Assembly: GCA_003990765.1 (NCBI GenBank)
Contig: RBNJ01000077.1
Span: forward strand, 1 to 43,327
Direction of reading: 5' to 3'
Length of the DNA stretch: 43,327 bases
DNA from: Jimgerdemannia flammicorona
Taxonomy: Eukaryota
Shown: positions 1-12,103 of the stretch, piece by piece
How the letters are laid out: the number at the start of each line of letters is the position of its first letter
How positions within the stretch are numbered: position 1 is the stretch's first letter
Made by a program: the position numbers and the translations under genes
The notes under the pieces: model-generated
Seen by the model: only the letters and a program-made list of their open reading frames with translations
What the model was told of the DNA's origin: nothing
Databases searched by the model: none

Positions 1-642
1 CTATATAGGCCAAAACCCTCCCCCACCACCCACTAAGCACTGCCCCCCCATTAACCTAGGCTAGCTATTGTCCAGCAGCTCGACCATGCCAGGCGCAGCA
101 GGGCTGATAAGCCTGCACCTCATTCTGTGCACCATGCTCTCCCTACCACCAGGGGAAACCCAACCATATGCCAATGACCGAAAGTGCATGCCTGAGAACC
201 CAACGTATGTACAAGGCCATGCCCGAGCCGAATAGAATAGCCCCTACCACCCCAAAGAGAATGATAGGCAAAGAAAAAACCCTCATCAAAGCACAACATG
301 GTGGATAGGGCCTGGTTCTCCCAGTCAAGGTGAGTAAAGGACTTACACATAAGGCGGGAGGAAACCCCCAATACCCCACTACTCAAGCCTGTGGGCCTCG
401 ATCACATTGCCATGTCAGCTCCCGGTTCCAGTTGAGTGCAGCCAAGATGCCTGAAATGGGTAGCCTCGGGCCCCCCGACCCCCCCTGACAACTGGGGCCT
501 CACCCCGCTACCCACCAAAAGAAGCCGAGAGTGACACCTACCACTTAACTGCACCGCACCAATCAAAAGGCCCCACCGAAGTAGCACCTGCCCCAGCCCT
601 GATGACCGCCCCCAGCCTGGCACCCTACTGGTTCACCATAAT

Positions 643-1607
643 CACCCTTCCGCCTATCTGTGACGGCCATCTCCCCTCCCATCCCGACAACACCCGAAAA
701 GCAGTCACCTATGCCAGAACTGCGCTTGCTGGGAAGCTTGCCAAAGCCAGAGGGCCCCACCATAGGCACTGAGGACCTACAGGTAACCTATACTGAACAC
801 TTGACACCCAAGGTCGGCCGACTCCCTACATAGCCCGAGACACACCAAGACAACTCCTTGTTGGCGACGGCAAAAGGAAGAAGGTGCCGCACCAAAATGG
901 GTATACCCCAGATGCAGCTGAAGGCACCAGAATCCGTGAAAAAGTGAAGGAAGTACCGATCTGACACCGATAAAGGGGCAACTCAGCACCATTGCCCTCC
1001 TCCCACCATGCCCCTGCAGGCACAGCAAACCAACCTGAGGTAGAGGGGGTAATATTAGGGGAAAGGGGACTCAGAAGGTCACCTACCAAACCTTGTGACT
1101 GGTAAGGTAGCGGAGAAAGGAGCTGTGCTCTTCCTTCTACTTGTAATGACCATCTCCTCTCCCATCCCGACAACATCCAAAAAACAGTCACCTATACCAG
1201 AACCATGCTTGCCAGGAAGCTTGCCAAAGCCAGAGGGCCCCACCACAGGCACTGAGGACCTGCAGATAACCTATACTGAGCACTTAACACCCAAGGTCAG
1301 CTGACTTCTATATAACCCATGATATACCAAAACAGTACCTTGTTGGCAATGGCAAAAGGAACAAGGCACTGCACCAAAATGGATATACTCCAGATGCAGC
1401 CAAAGGCACCAGAAACTGTGAAAAAGTAGAGAAGACACTGATCAGACACTGATAAAAGGGCAACACATTACCATTGCCCTCCTCCTACTGCCCTGCAACA
1501 GGTACAGCAAACCAACCTGAGGTAGAGGGGGTAATAATTGTGGAAAGTGGACTCAGAAGGTTGCCTACCAAACCATTGTGACCAGTAAGGTAGCGGAGAA
1601 AGGAGCT
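643..1607. repeat. Tandem duplication, 2 x ~483 bp, within CpG-depleted repeat DNA of unknown class
   Basis: ATCCCGACAA at 681 and 1164; GTAAGGTAGCGGAGAAAGGAGCT ends at 1124 and 1607 (constant offset 483). Copies differ mostly by C>T/G>A, with copy 2 more decayed. No recognisable protein motif. Confidence 0.8.
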
Positions 1608-1745
1608 ATTGGTTACATATCTCGTTGAGCGGGAGTGTTGGGATGGCAACTTGATATGTCAGCACGTGACCTTATGCCATGCCATCAGATTTACGTCATT
1701 CATCAGTAAAGCGTGAAATACGCGACCTACGCAACTTCAATAAAA

Positions 1746-3351
1746 ATGCCCCTCTCTTTACAACATCCCGGACTGCACCATCCATCACGTCTTTACGACA
1801 AAATCCGCCATGACCTCACCAATCCAGCCTCCCCGCTCTTCCAACTCCTTGTCCCGGAGTGGACTGCGCGCGCCGTCGACGCTTTGGAGCCCTTCGTCAG
1901 TGAGGGTTGCTATTATATAATTAATCTACTCACCTGCCTGGGCCCGGAATATCAGGAGTCACGGCGCCTAGACATGTTTAATGCCCCCCACTACGACAAC
2001 ATGCGCACCTTTAAGCTCCCCGCTGACGAACCGTCGAATGTAATCCGAATTTTGGTTGCCAACACGGATGGTGCGCCGCTCGCGGAGACTAGTCCATTCG
2101 ATCAGTTGTTCAAGACGTCGGGACTGCCGTTTCCCGCCGAGGTGGTCGCCGCGCCTAGGGATTACTACGAATTGGAGAAAATTGCCACGGGCGAGTACAG
2201 TCTGACGAGGAAGGAGCACTCGCCGCCCTTGCCGCTAGCAATATCAGAGGCCGGTTCAGTCGTAAGCAACCAGCTTGATTTGCCGCCGGAGCTCTGGTAT
2301 AAAATCCTCCGCCTGGTGATCGTCCCAAAAGACAAGGTTGCACTGATACCGAGAATTCTTTGGATGCGATTGGTAAACCATACATGGTAGGTAATCGCAT
2401 GGATAAGAGAAGTGTATACATGTTTATTTTACTCACTCTCAACCTTCATTTACTATTTTCACGTCTTTGCAGCGCAGGAACGAAATCGCAATCAGCCTCC
2501 ACACTCGTGTCACAATCCTAACCTCCCGTACTCCTAGCCTCGTTAACTTCCACACCGCCTTCCGCCCATACGTCCGTCGCCTCCGCTTTCATACCGAGTG
2601 GCTCGTTCGGAAACCGACCCTATCCTGGGTCCCCAACGACGTCAGTGGCCACGCACTCTCAAGACTCCCAGATACACTCGAAGATAGCGTCGCCATCGCT
2701 CTCGCAGAATTGCCAAACCTCGAGGAGATCGTGTTCATGCACCCACAATATGGTGACATTTCATCCACTTACGTTATTGGCTGGCGTCGGGATAGCTCGG
2801 TATCGGACGTCCTCGAGACCGTGCTCGTCGCACAGCTCGACCGACACCTCCGCCAGCTCGACCAATTCGATGCGAAAAATGTTGCCATCTTCGCGTGCAT
2901 CACTGACCCGATCCACCGTATCCGGCGTCGCCATTCGCGTGCTACCGCCTTCAGGAAGATCTTCCTCTCAGCCCCGACGCGCTTTCACTGCTTTGCCCCG
3001 CCAGGCGAAGCGCTGATTTCAGCGCTCGGTTGGTTTTTTACGGTGTTCATTCGGTGCCACAAGAATTTGCAAGTGAATGGGGATTTGCAAGTGAACGGGT
3101 ATCGGCAGGTAGAAGGCAATGCGATATTTGAAACTGAATTCGACGTCGCGGGGGAGTGGGAGGTCGAGGAGGCCGTTAGTTGGTTTGAGGACGGGAAGCC
3201 GTGGGTGCGTGGAGGATGGCCGGAAGAGTTAATGGTGTCGCTTTGTGAGTGGGCCGCGAAAATGCCGCCAATAATGCCAGCAAGGGTGGAGGGGAGGGGA
3301 AGGCAATTAAGTTGGCAATATGAAAATGAGGTGTTAGTGGCGACTTGGTAG
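1746..3351 (+). CDS. F-box-motif protein, tandem copy A (exons 1746-2386, 2478-3351; ~504 aa)
   Basis: GTAGGT..CGCAG intron joins NHT-W-NEIA in frame. F-box-like LDLPPELWYKILRL...MRLVNHTWNEIA. Paralogous to copies B and C. Start uncertain: it lacks ~25 N-terminal aa seen in B and C. Confidence 0.8.
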
Positions 3352-3512
3352 GCGGAGTCAGGTTAGCGTTTGCCGTTCGATAGCAGCTTCATTTACTCTA
3401 AATCTCTGAAATAAATTCACTGTCTAAATGGAGGATGCTCGAGGTGCATTGTAATTCTCAACAGTCAGCGATTTTCGAATAAACTCTGAGCAACCTCACC
3501 TGAGCTATGTCA

Positions 3513-3557
<45 letters not shown>

Positions 3558-4130
3558 AGAGTAGAAATAATATAAGGATTGAGAGGATTTAAATGTTTCA
3601 AGATGGGAATTTTTAGAAAAAAAAAAAAAAGCAACGAAACATCCCGACCGCCTCCTGGCCACCATAGTGATTAACCCACTCTTCTGTTCCTGTTTGGGAG
3701 TCCTTGCTGAACTCTGGGGTCTGAAATGTTGTGTCATATGTACATTCTCAATGTCATTTCTATAGGTGAGATTGTTCTCCTTGGTTCACTCGTCTAGGTG
3801 TTAGGATCCCAGGTTCCGACTGCTTAATTGAAAAGAATGCCAGACCTGTCCGATCGTGAATTCGTCTAAACTATAGACATGGTGCTTGGCAAATTCTTTC
3901 GAGTCAACTCTTGCAATCAAGTCATAACGTGGCATCCTGGATTGCGTTTGATAGTTTATTTGCAAGGGGGTATAACGACGTATTTTTGAGGAATCATTAG
4001 AGTAGTCTTCGGGTGCGTTCCCGGCGGGAATATCGACAACTCTTGTATCAATCTAAAGAGGCAAGATTCGTGTGATCATGGGGAGTTTTTAGTTTGTAGT
4101 CACGTGTCCACCATCCGAGCTACGGATTCG
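3352..4130 (+). repeat. Duplicated intergenic spacer of the tandem array (homologous to ~5809-6620 and, more weakly, ~9510-10135)
   Basis: Shared blocks such as CTGTCTAAATGGAGGATGCTCGAGG, GGATCCCAGGTTC, GGATTGCGTTTGATAG and CCCGGCGGGAATATC. Confidence 0.85.
3516..3555. repeat. (AT)n microsatellite
   Basis: About 20 perfect AT units; absent from the homologous spacer after copy B. Confidence 0.95.
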
Positions 4131-4166
4131 CAGTCAAACTCATGAAGACCCCTGACAACAAACAAA

Positions 4167-5775
4167 ATGAACGGACTCTATATCCCTTACGGGCATGTAC
4201 ATCTCTACGTTAGCACTGCGTACCCCTCCGTCTCCTACATCGAACTTGACTACAGTTCGTATCGCAGAATGGACGTTCCATCAAGATTTTACAACCAAAT
4301 CCGCCGTGACCTCACCGATCCAGCCTCTCCGCTCTTCCAACTCTTTGTCCCAGAGTGGACTACGCGTGCCGTCGACGCTTTGGGGACCTTCGTCAGTAAA
4401 GGCCGCAGCCGTACGATTAATCTGTTCACCTGCCTAGGCCCGGAACATCAGGAGTCGCAGCGCCAAGACATGCTCAATGCCCTCTGCTACGACAACATGC
4501 GCACTTTTTTGGTCCACGCTGACTTTCCGGAGAATGGAATCCAAATTTGCGTCGCCAACACGGATGGTGCGCCGCTCGCGGAGACTAGCCCTTTCGATCA
4601 GTTGTTCAATACGTCGGGATTGCCGTTCCCTGCCGAAGTGGTCGCCGCACCTAGGGATTACTACGAATTGGAGAAAATCGCCACGGACCAGTACAAGCTA
4701 ACGAGGAAGGAGCACTCGCCCCCCATAGTATCAGAGGCCGGTCCAGTCGCAAGCAACCGGCTTGATTTGCCGCCGGAGCTGTGGTACAACATCCTCCGCT
4801 TGGCGATCGTCCCACAAGACAAGGTTGCATTGATACCGAGAATTCTTTGGATGCGATTGGTAAACCATGCATGGTAGGTAATCGCACGAATATGGAGGAA
4901 AGTGTATAGGTTCACTTTTCTCACTCTCAACCTTCATTTACCTTTTGCAACGCAGGAACGAAATCGTACTCAGCCTCCACACTCGTGTCACAATCCCGAC
5001 CTCCCGTATTCCGAGCCTCGTTAACTACCCTACCGCCTTCCGTCCGCACCTCCGTCGCCTCCGCTTTCATGACGAGAGGCTCAATCGGCACATCCCTCCC
5101 GTCCTATCCAGGGTTCCCAATGATTTCCAGGCTCACGCACTCTCCGGACACTCTGACACGCTCGAAGATAGCGTCATCACCATTCTCGCAGAATCGCCGA
5201 ACCTCGATGAGATCGTGTTCGCGTACCCGAAATATTATTACATTCCATCCGCTCACGTTATCGGATGGCGTCGGGAAGGCTCGGTGTCGGACGTCCTCGA
5301 GACCGTACTCGTCGCACAGTTCGACAGCCACCTTCACCTGCTCGACCAATTCGATGCGGAAAACGTTACCACCTTTGCCTGCATCACTGGATCGATTGGC
5401 CGCGCCCGGCGTCGCCGTTCGCGCGCCATCGTCCTCGAGGACGTCTTCCGCTCAGCCCCGACGCGCTTCCACTGCCTTGCCCTGCCAGGCGAAGCGCTTA
5501 TTTCAGCGCTAGGCCGGTTTCTAACGGGCTTCATTCGGTGCTATAAGAATTTGGAGGGGAAAGAGGACTGGCAGATGAAAGGGGATCTTGAGTTATTGGA
5601 AATAGAATTCGACGTTGCGGGGGAATGGGGGTTCGAGGAGGCCGTCAGGTGGTTCGAGGAGGGGAAACCGTGGGTGCGGGGAGGATGGCCAGAAGAGGTA
5701 CCAGTGTTGGTTTGCGGATGGGACGCGAAATTGCCGGCGATAGCGCAAATGTGGAGAAGAGAGAGGGAGTGGTAA
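4167..5775 (+). CDS. F-box-motif protein, tandem copy B (exons 4167-4873, 4956-5775; ~508 aa)
   Basis: Same intron position and phase as copy A; LDLPPELWYNILRL. The TAA at 5773 corresponds to CAA(Q) in copy A, and homology continues YENYVLIVTW* to 5808. Confidence 0.85.
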
Positions 5776-6650
5776 TATGAGAATTATGTGTTAATAGTGA
5801 CTTGGTAGGTGATGAGCCAATTGAGTGTTCGTCGTTCGCTAGCAGCTTCATTTGCTACTAAATCTCAATATCCAAATTTGAAATAAATCCACTGTCTAAA
5901 TGGAGGATGCTCGAGGCGCATAGTAATTCTTGACAATCGGTGATTTGCTAATAAACTCTGAAGAAAAAAAAAAAAAAGATATTTTGAGATTTAAATGTTT
6001 CAAGATGGAAAAAAAAAATGCAATAAAACATTCAAGCACCTCCTGGCCATCACAGTGATTAACCAATAACTCATTCTTCTGTTTCTGTTTGGGAGTTCCT
6101 ACTGAACTGCAGGGTCTGAAATAATATCTTATATATATACATTCTCAACAATTTCATTTCTACAAATGTGATTGTTCTCCTTGGTTTGGAAGGCAATGCT
6201 CATCTAGGTATTAGGATCCCAGGTTCTGACTGCTTGATTGAAAATAAATACCAGACCTGTCCGGTCGTGAATTCGTCAAAACTATAGATACGTCGCTCGG
6301 CAAGTTCCATCCAGTCAACTATTGCAATCAAGTCATAAGGCGGCACCCCGAAAATGCTGGATTGCGTTTGATAGTTTTATTTGAAATGGGGGTCTAACGA
6401 CGTATTTTTGAGTGAATCATTAGAGTAATCTTCGAGTGAGTTCCCGGCGGGAATATCAACAACTCGTTGTATCAGAATATAAGAGGTGTTTTTCGAACAA
6501 GATTCGTGTGATCATGGGGAACCCCAGGCTATGAGGTGTGGCGGTGTTAAGCGCAAAGGGAGATGGTTTTCGGTTTGTAGTCACGTGCCCACCTTCCGAG
6601 CTGCGGATTCAGAAAGATCCCTGACAACCTCTCTTTCTACAACCAACATT

Positions 6651-7348
6651 ATGAACGAGCTCCAAATCCCCTACGGGCATGTATACCTCTACGTCAGCAC
6701 TGCTTATTCCTCCTCTCCTTCATCCAACTGGCCTATATTTCGTATCCCAGAATGGACCATCCGTCAAACTTTTACAACAAATTCCTTGAGTGGGCTCGAA
6801 ATTTCTGCTTGTTTCGCTCAGATTTGCATTAGTGGGCGTATATTTCCTTTTTTGGCAATCAAGGATATGCGTGCATTATTCTCTTTTTGCACGTCCACTC
6901 AATACGCTACTCTTCGAACTTCTACGTTCACGCGTCTTCGTGTACATTCGCACTCGCTTTTATTCAACCACCCTTCCCTCCCAGCAATGGTAGAAGGGCC
7001 GGTTTTCTACCGTGTGTTTCACCCAAATATATATTTTAAATTTATGTGCTTTATGGGTCCTCTCGCGTGGTCCGGGTTGTTTGGTTTCGTCGGACTCCAT
7101 ATCTTGACATTGATGGGTCCTCTTGCGCGGTCCGATCTGTTTTCGTTTGGACATTATAGCTAGACATTGAGCCATGACCTCACCGATCCAGCCTAGGTGG
7201 TTCGAAGAGGAAAAGCCGTATGTGCAAGGAAGATGGCCAAAGAATGTATATACTGGTATCGGTTTGTGGCTGGGACGAGCAAAAGGCGGCGATAATACCG
7301 GTGGGGCGACAATCAAGTTTTAAGGAAGGAGTGTTGGTGGTGACTTGG
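6651..7348 (+). pseudogene. Disrupted fourth copy of the F-box family gene
   Basis: Starts MNELQIPYGHVYLYVSTAY like copy B. Interrupted by a ~380-bp insert, then CATGACCTCACCGATCCAGCCT is joined directly to AGGTGGTTCGAAGAGGAAAAGCCG (about 1.3 kb deleted), ending GTGACTTGG. Confidence 0.85.
6791..7166. mobile_element. 376-bp insertion in the pseudogene, possible solo LTR
   Basis: Sequence absent from paralogues. Begins TG, ends CA, flanked by TTGAG at 6786-6790 and 7167-7171. Internal imperfect ~40-bp repeat starting ATGGGTCCTCT. Confidence 0.4.
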
Positions 7349-7831
7349 CGCGGTGGTCCGCGAGCAGCCTTGAGTTAATCCTACTTCTAAACCAGTAACC
7401 TATAGCTAATCTCTATGTCCAAATTTGAAACCCCAACAGAACATTTCAAATGTCTATAGCAGTCCTTGCTGAACGCCAGAGTCTGAAATATTTAAACGAA
7501 CGAGATTTATGATCATGGGGAAACTCTGTAGAGCGATTTTATTGTGGTTGGAATGAGGTGTGGCGGCAAAGGAATAGAAATAAGCCTCAAGACCAATGCG
7601 ATAGAGTATTCCTTGTTGGCTTTTAAGTCATGTCATGTGAGTGGGTTCAAATCAAATGGACGATGTTAGGGATAAGGTTGGTTTTGATTTGAACACAAGT
7701 CAATTTCTCTCATTAACTATAAAAAGGCGGTATTCGCGTGTCCACCTGATGAGCTGCGGATTCCCCAATCAAATCACAAACACCCATTCCATCTCCTCCC
7801 CCGACAACCTCCGTTTCATCTATGCAATAAA

Positions 7832-9484
7832 ATGTGCAGACACTACCCCCTAACCGAGCATGGGTACCTCTATCTCAACACTGCGTACCCCTCCGTCTCC
7901 TACATCAGACTGCCCTATAATTCATATCGCAATATGAAGGCCGGTTCCTTTCGCGACAAAATCCGTTACCACCTCACCAACCCGGCCTCCCTGCTCTCCC
8001 AACTCTTTGTCCCGGAGTGGACTGCGCGCGCCGCTGACTCTTTGGAGACCTTCGTCGATGAGGGTCTCAGTTATGTTCCCATCTACAAGATTGATCTGCT
8101 CACTTGCTTGGGGCCGGACCATCAGGAGTCGCAGCGCCCAGCCATGCTCAAAACCATCCAGTATGACAACATGCGCACCTTCTGGCTCCCAAACGACAGA
8201 ATCCGAATTTGCGTTGCCAACACGGACGGTGCGCCGCTCGTGGAGACTAGTCCATTCGATCAGTTGTTCAAGACGTCGGGACTACCATTCCCCGCCGAGG
8301 TTGTCGCCGCGCCTAGGGATTACTACGACTTGAAGAAAATCAGCACGAACGGGTACGAGCTGACGAGGAAGGGGCACTCGCCATCCTCACCGCGGCCAGC
8401 ATCAGAGACGGGACCAGTCGTGGGCAACCAACTCGACCTACCGCCGGAGCTGTGGCATGACATCCTCCGCCTAGCGGTCGCCCCAGAAGACAGGATGGCA
8501 CTGATACCGACAATACTTTGGATGCGATTGATCAACCATACATGGCAAGTAATCGCACAGATATAAAAGATGTTCTCATTCACTTCGCTCACTCTCAACC
8601 TTCATCCTCTATTTCCACACCTTCTGCAACACAGGAACGAGATTGCGACCAGCCTCTACCTAACTCTCCTCACAATCCCAACCTCCCGTATTCCCAGATT
8701 CTTTAACTACCCCACCGCCTTCCGCCCGTACCTCCGTCGCCTCCACTTTCATGCCAAGGAGCTCGTTCGGCACACTCCCCCCAGATACTCAAAAACTCTC
8801 GAAAATGTTATCCGCATCCTCGTAGAGTCGCCGCACCTCGATGAGATCACGTTCGCGCACCCGAAATATCTTTTTATTCCATCCGCTCATGTTGTTGGCT
8901 GGCGTCGGGAAGGTTCGGTATCGGACGTCCTCGAAACCGTACTCGTCGCACAGCTCGACCGTCACCTCCGCCAGCTCGACCAGCTGGACGCGGAAAATGC
9001 TACCATCCTTGCTTGCATCACTGAATCGATCGAACGCGCTCAACATCGCCGTTCGCGCGCCATCGCCCTTGCGAAAATCTTCCGTTCGGCCCCGACGCGT
9101 TTCCACTGCCTCGGCCCGCCAGGCGAGGCGCTGATTTCAGCGCTGGGCCGGTTTTTTACAGGGTTCATTCGGTGCTACAAGAATTTGCAGGTGGAACGGG
9201 ATTTGGCGGGCGTAGAAATTGAATTTGATGTGGCGGGGGAGTGGTGGGTCGGGGAGGCCGTTAGGTGGTTCGAGGAGGAGAAGCCGTGGGTGCGGGGAGG
9301 ATGGCCAAAGGAGGTACCGGTGTCGGTTTGTGGGTTGGACAAGGAAAAGGTAGCGATAATGCCGGTGAGGGTGGATAAGAGGGGACGACAATCAATTTGG
9401 CGATATAAGAATGGGGTGTTAGTGGTATTTTGGTGCATGATGAGTCAATGGAGAGTCCGTAGTTCCATTTATCCCTACTTTTAA
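7832..9484 (+). CDS. F-box-motif protein, tandem copy C (exons 7832-8544, 8635-9484; GC-AG intron; ~520 aa)
   Basis: Paralogy to A and B; LDLPPELWHDILRL. Donor GCAAGT lies at the homologous position and splicing there preserves the frame. Confidence 0.8.
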
Positions 9485-10528
9485 ACCACCGACCGATAGC
9501 CTATGCGGTAAATCTCAATACCCAAATTTGAAATAAATTCACATCTCCAATAGAATGTCATGACAGTCAGTGTTTTTCTCTGGGTGGTCTCAACTGACCT
9601 ATGGGAAAACAACTGATATATTCAGATTAAAATAATTGTTATGGTGGTACATTACGCCATGAGGATGCAGCTAGAGAAAGGGTCCAAATGTCGCAAAATG
9701 GGAATCTTGTGGTATAATATGCATGAGATGGTGGAAAAAATAAAAAATAAAAAACCGATAATGACAAAAACTCAACAGAACATCTCCGACGCCTCCCGGT
9801 CGCTGGAGTGATTAACCCGTTCCTCTTGCTGAACTGCAGGGTCTGAAATATGGCATTCCGAACAATGCCATTTCTGCAGATGGTATTATACTCCTTGGTT
9901 CGGATAGCAATGCTCACCTGTCCCAGGCTCCGATTCGAATCTGTGCAAGCGTGAGATTGTGTTTGAGGTTGTTCCGCTTGCTTGCTTGTCGATTGGCAAG
10001 TTCTTCCCAGTCATCTATCGCAACGTAACACCCTGAAAAATGTGGATTGCGTCGTATTCAAGTATGACAGTTTTATTTAAAGGCGTATTTTTGAGCGAAA
10101 TAGTAGAATGGCCACGGGGTGTTTCTGGCGATATCCGCCAGGAGGAATCTCGGCGACGAGGGAAGAGGTTTCGGCGGTTCGTCGTGTCGTTTCAGCAGGT
10201 GATGAACGAGATTCAATCGGGGGGAGGCGCCAACTTCCTGGTCGTTCCAATGCATCATCATGCGTCTTTTACACACTGACGTATTGTATGCATGCCAAAA
10301 TCAGTTTCGGATGTCTTGGTTGTATTTTCGGGTCTGTTTTATTTTTCGATCTGTTTTTCGGAGAGTAAATGTCCAACCTTTGAAACTCGTAAGGCAATTC
10401 TTTCTTTTTTCTTTTTTTTCTTCTTTTAATAGGTATATATTATATATATATATATTATAGTAAGAAGCTTGATGTGTTATATATTATCTCGCTAATATAC
10501 ACATATGTATATTATATTAAGCTTGATG

Positions 10529-11270
10529 TGTTATAAATTTTCTCACTGGATTTTGAGGTCATGAGTGATTTTTGTGGGTTCATCTGCTGCAATCCAGATA
10601 CGTATATACAACAAGAGTCTCCACAAAGTCTGACTGGCTGTAAAATTTTCGATGTTTGTGTTTGTCGAGATTTCCATATAAACCCTCCTTCATCTCGAAA
10701 GCAAAGCCAAACTCGTTGCTCAGCACGGTTGTACAGCAACCATCAACTTCAAGCTGCACAGGTACAATGAGCTATAATTATCTAGCTAGCAACCACATAG
10801 AAACCCAACTTGTATAAAATACCCTAGAGATTAAAGTGAATAAACCTCAGTCTGAAAAGTTAGTGAAAACTAAAGCAATAGACAAGTCTGCCTAATATAC
10901 TTTGAGAGATATACCTGCTAAGAGCTACTTGATCCAAAAGGAAAAGAATTGCAACACTTAGAAGAAATATCTACTCTAAAGTCACTATCTAGGAGATTGT
11001 GAGCTTGGTTCTCTTTTCTACTCTAGTCTACTTTCTGATACAAAGAAGAAGAAGTCAAGAAGTCTACCTATAAAGCCAGTCTAGAATAAGATATATCTTT
11101 ACAGTGAATTACTTACATATACTTCATATAAATGAAGCAGTCTTTGATGCAACTTTGCTAGGAGAGAAGTCTGTCAATTTAGAAAGAATCTATATCATCT
11201 GAGTCATCTACTATTTTCAAGAAGTCTGCCAAACTGCTGATTTGATTATAGCTGCTAAAAATATCAAAAA
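10529..11270 (+). mobile_element. Degenerate solo-LTR-like sequence related to the E2 LTR (boundaries approximate)
   Basis: CCACATAG..CCAACTTGTATAAAATACCCTAGAGATTAAAGTGAATAAACCTCAGTC (10793-10852) matches the E2 LTR sense core. Downstream short GAAGTCT repeats; decays into AT-rich DNA. Confidence 0.55.
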
Positions 11271-11525
11271 TCACTCATTTTATATAAATAGAAAGAATTC
11301 TATACTATTTAAGAAATTACTACCTAATTAGAAAATTACTAAAATTATCTATATTATATGAGTAAAAGAATCTATATCTATTTCTAAAAAGAAATTATTA
11401 AATATTTTATTACTTTTGATAAAGTAACTAAAAACTTAAACTAAACTATATAGCTTCTCAATCTTATATATAACTTATCTCTATTAAGCTGGTATATTAT
11501 GATATATAATATTATCTCTATATAT

Positions 11526-11983
11526 TGTAACAGTTGATCTGAATTAGGAATATGAATCAGGGGAATTAGATATTTGATCATAGTATCTGAACCCAATTCC
11601 CAATATAGTATAGTCTTATAAATAGCAGTCATTGTTATTTCACAACTGTTAAAGTTTTTGTAAATGTTGAACTCTTCGCAGATGTTGAAGATTTCACAGA
11701 TATTGAAAGATTTAATACTTGTAAAAAGTGACTCATAATATAGTCATAATTTAGCCATCTTATAGCTAGCAAACTTGTATAAATAATCCAGTATCTTAGA
11801 GTAAATAAACCTCAGATCAAAATAGTTCAAAGTAAAGAGAAAGCAAAGAAACTAGTAAGCCTGCAGGCAGATATACTTTGAACTTACCTCTATATCTAAG
11901 GACTCTGTAGAGTCAAAGAAGATTAAGTTTTTAAGATATAGAAATCTGACATACTCCCAAGGTTAAGCATTTACTATATTACA
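11526..11983 (+). repeat. E1 5' LTR (458 bp)
   Basis: Direct repeat of 17773-18246; TGTAAC...TTACA termini. Confidence 0.95.
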
Positions 11984-11986
11984 ATT

Positions 11987-12003
11987 TGGTGCCTATTAGC
12001 TGG
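11987..12003 (+). promoter_or_regulatory. E1 primer-binding site
   Basis: TGGTGCCTATTAGCTGG, 3 nt after the LTR; near-identical to the E3 PBS. Cognate tRNA not assigned. Confidence 0.75.
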
Positions 12004-12103
12004 TGATTCAAGATGAATTCCTCACTTTCAAGCTGAACAATGAACAACTGTCACCACCTGAACAACCATATAAATTGAACCAAGATATCTAAACAAGATA
12101 GAT

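Noticed and set aside
6486-7163. 225-aa ORF with a hydrophobic C-terminus
   Set aside because: Chimera of promoter, pseudogene start and inserted DNA.
7746-7753. CTGATGAG hammerhead-ribozyme core motif (also at ~20843)
   Set aside because: No stem II followed by GAAA. The 7746 site aligns with ordinary promoter sequence of the paralogues.
2645-9438. Alternative-frame and antisense ORFs overlapping the F-box genes
   Set aside because: Shadows of GC-rich coding sequence, repeated only because the genes are paralogous.
10464-10535. 17-bp direct repeat AAGCTTGATGTGTTATA as a possible TSD
   Set aside because: It flanks only ~38 bp of AT-rich DNA; more likely local slippage or repair duplication.
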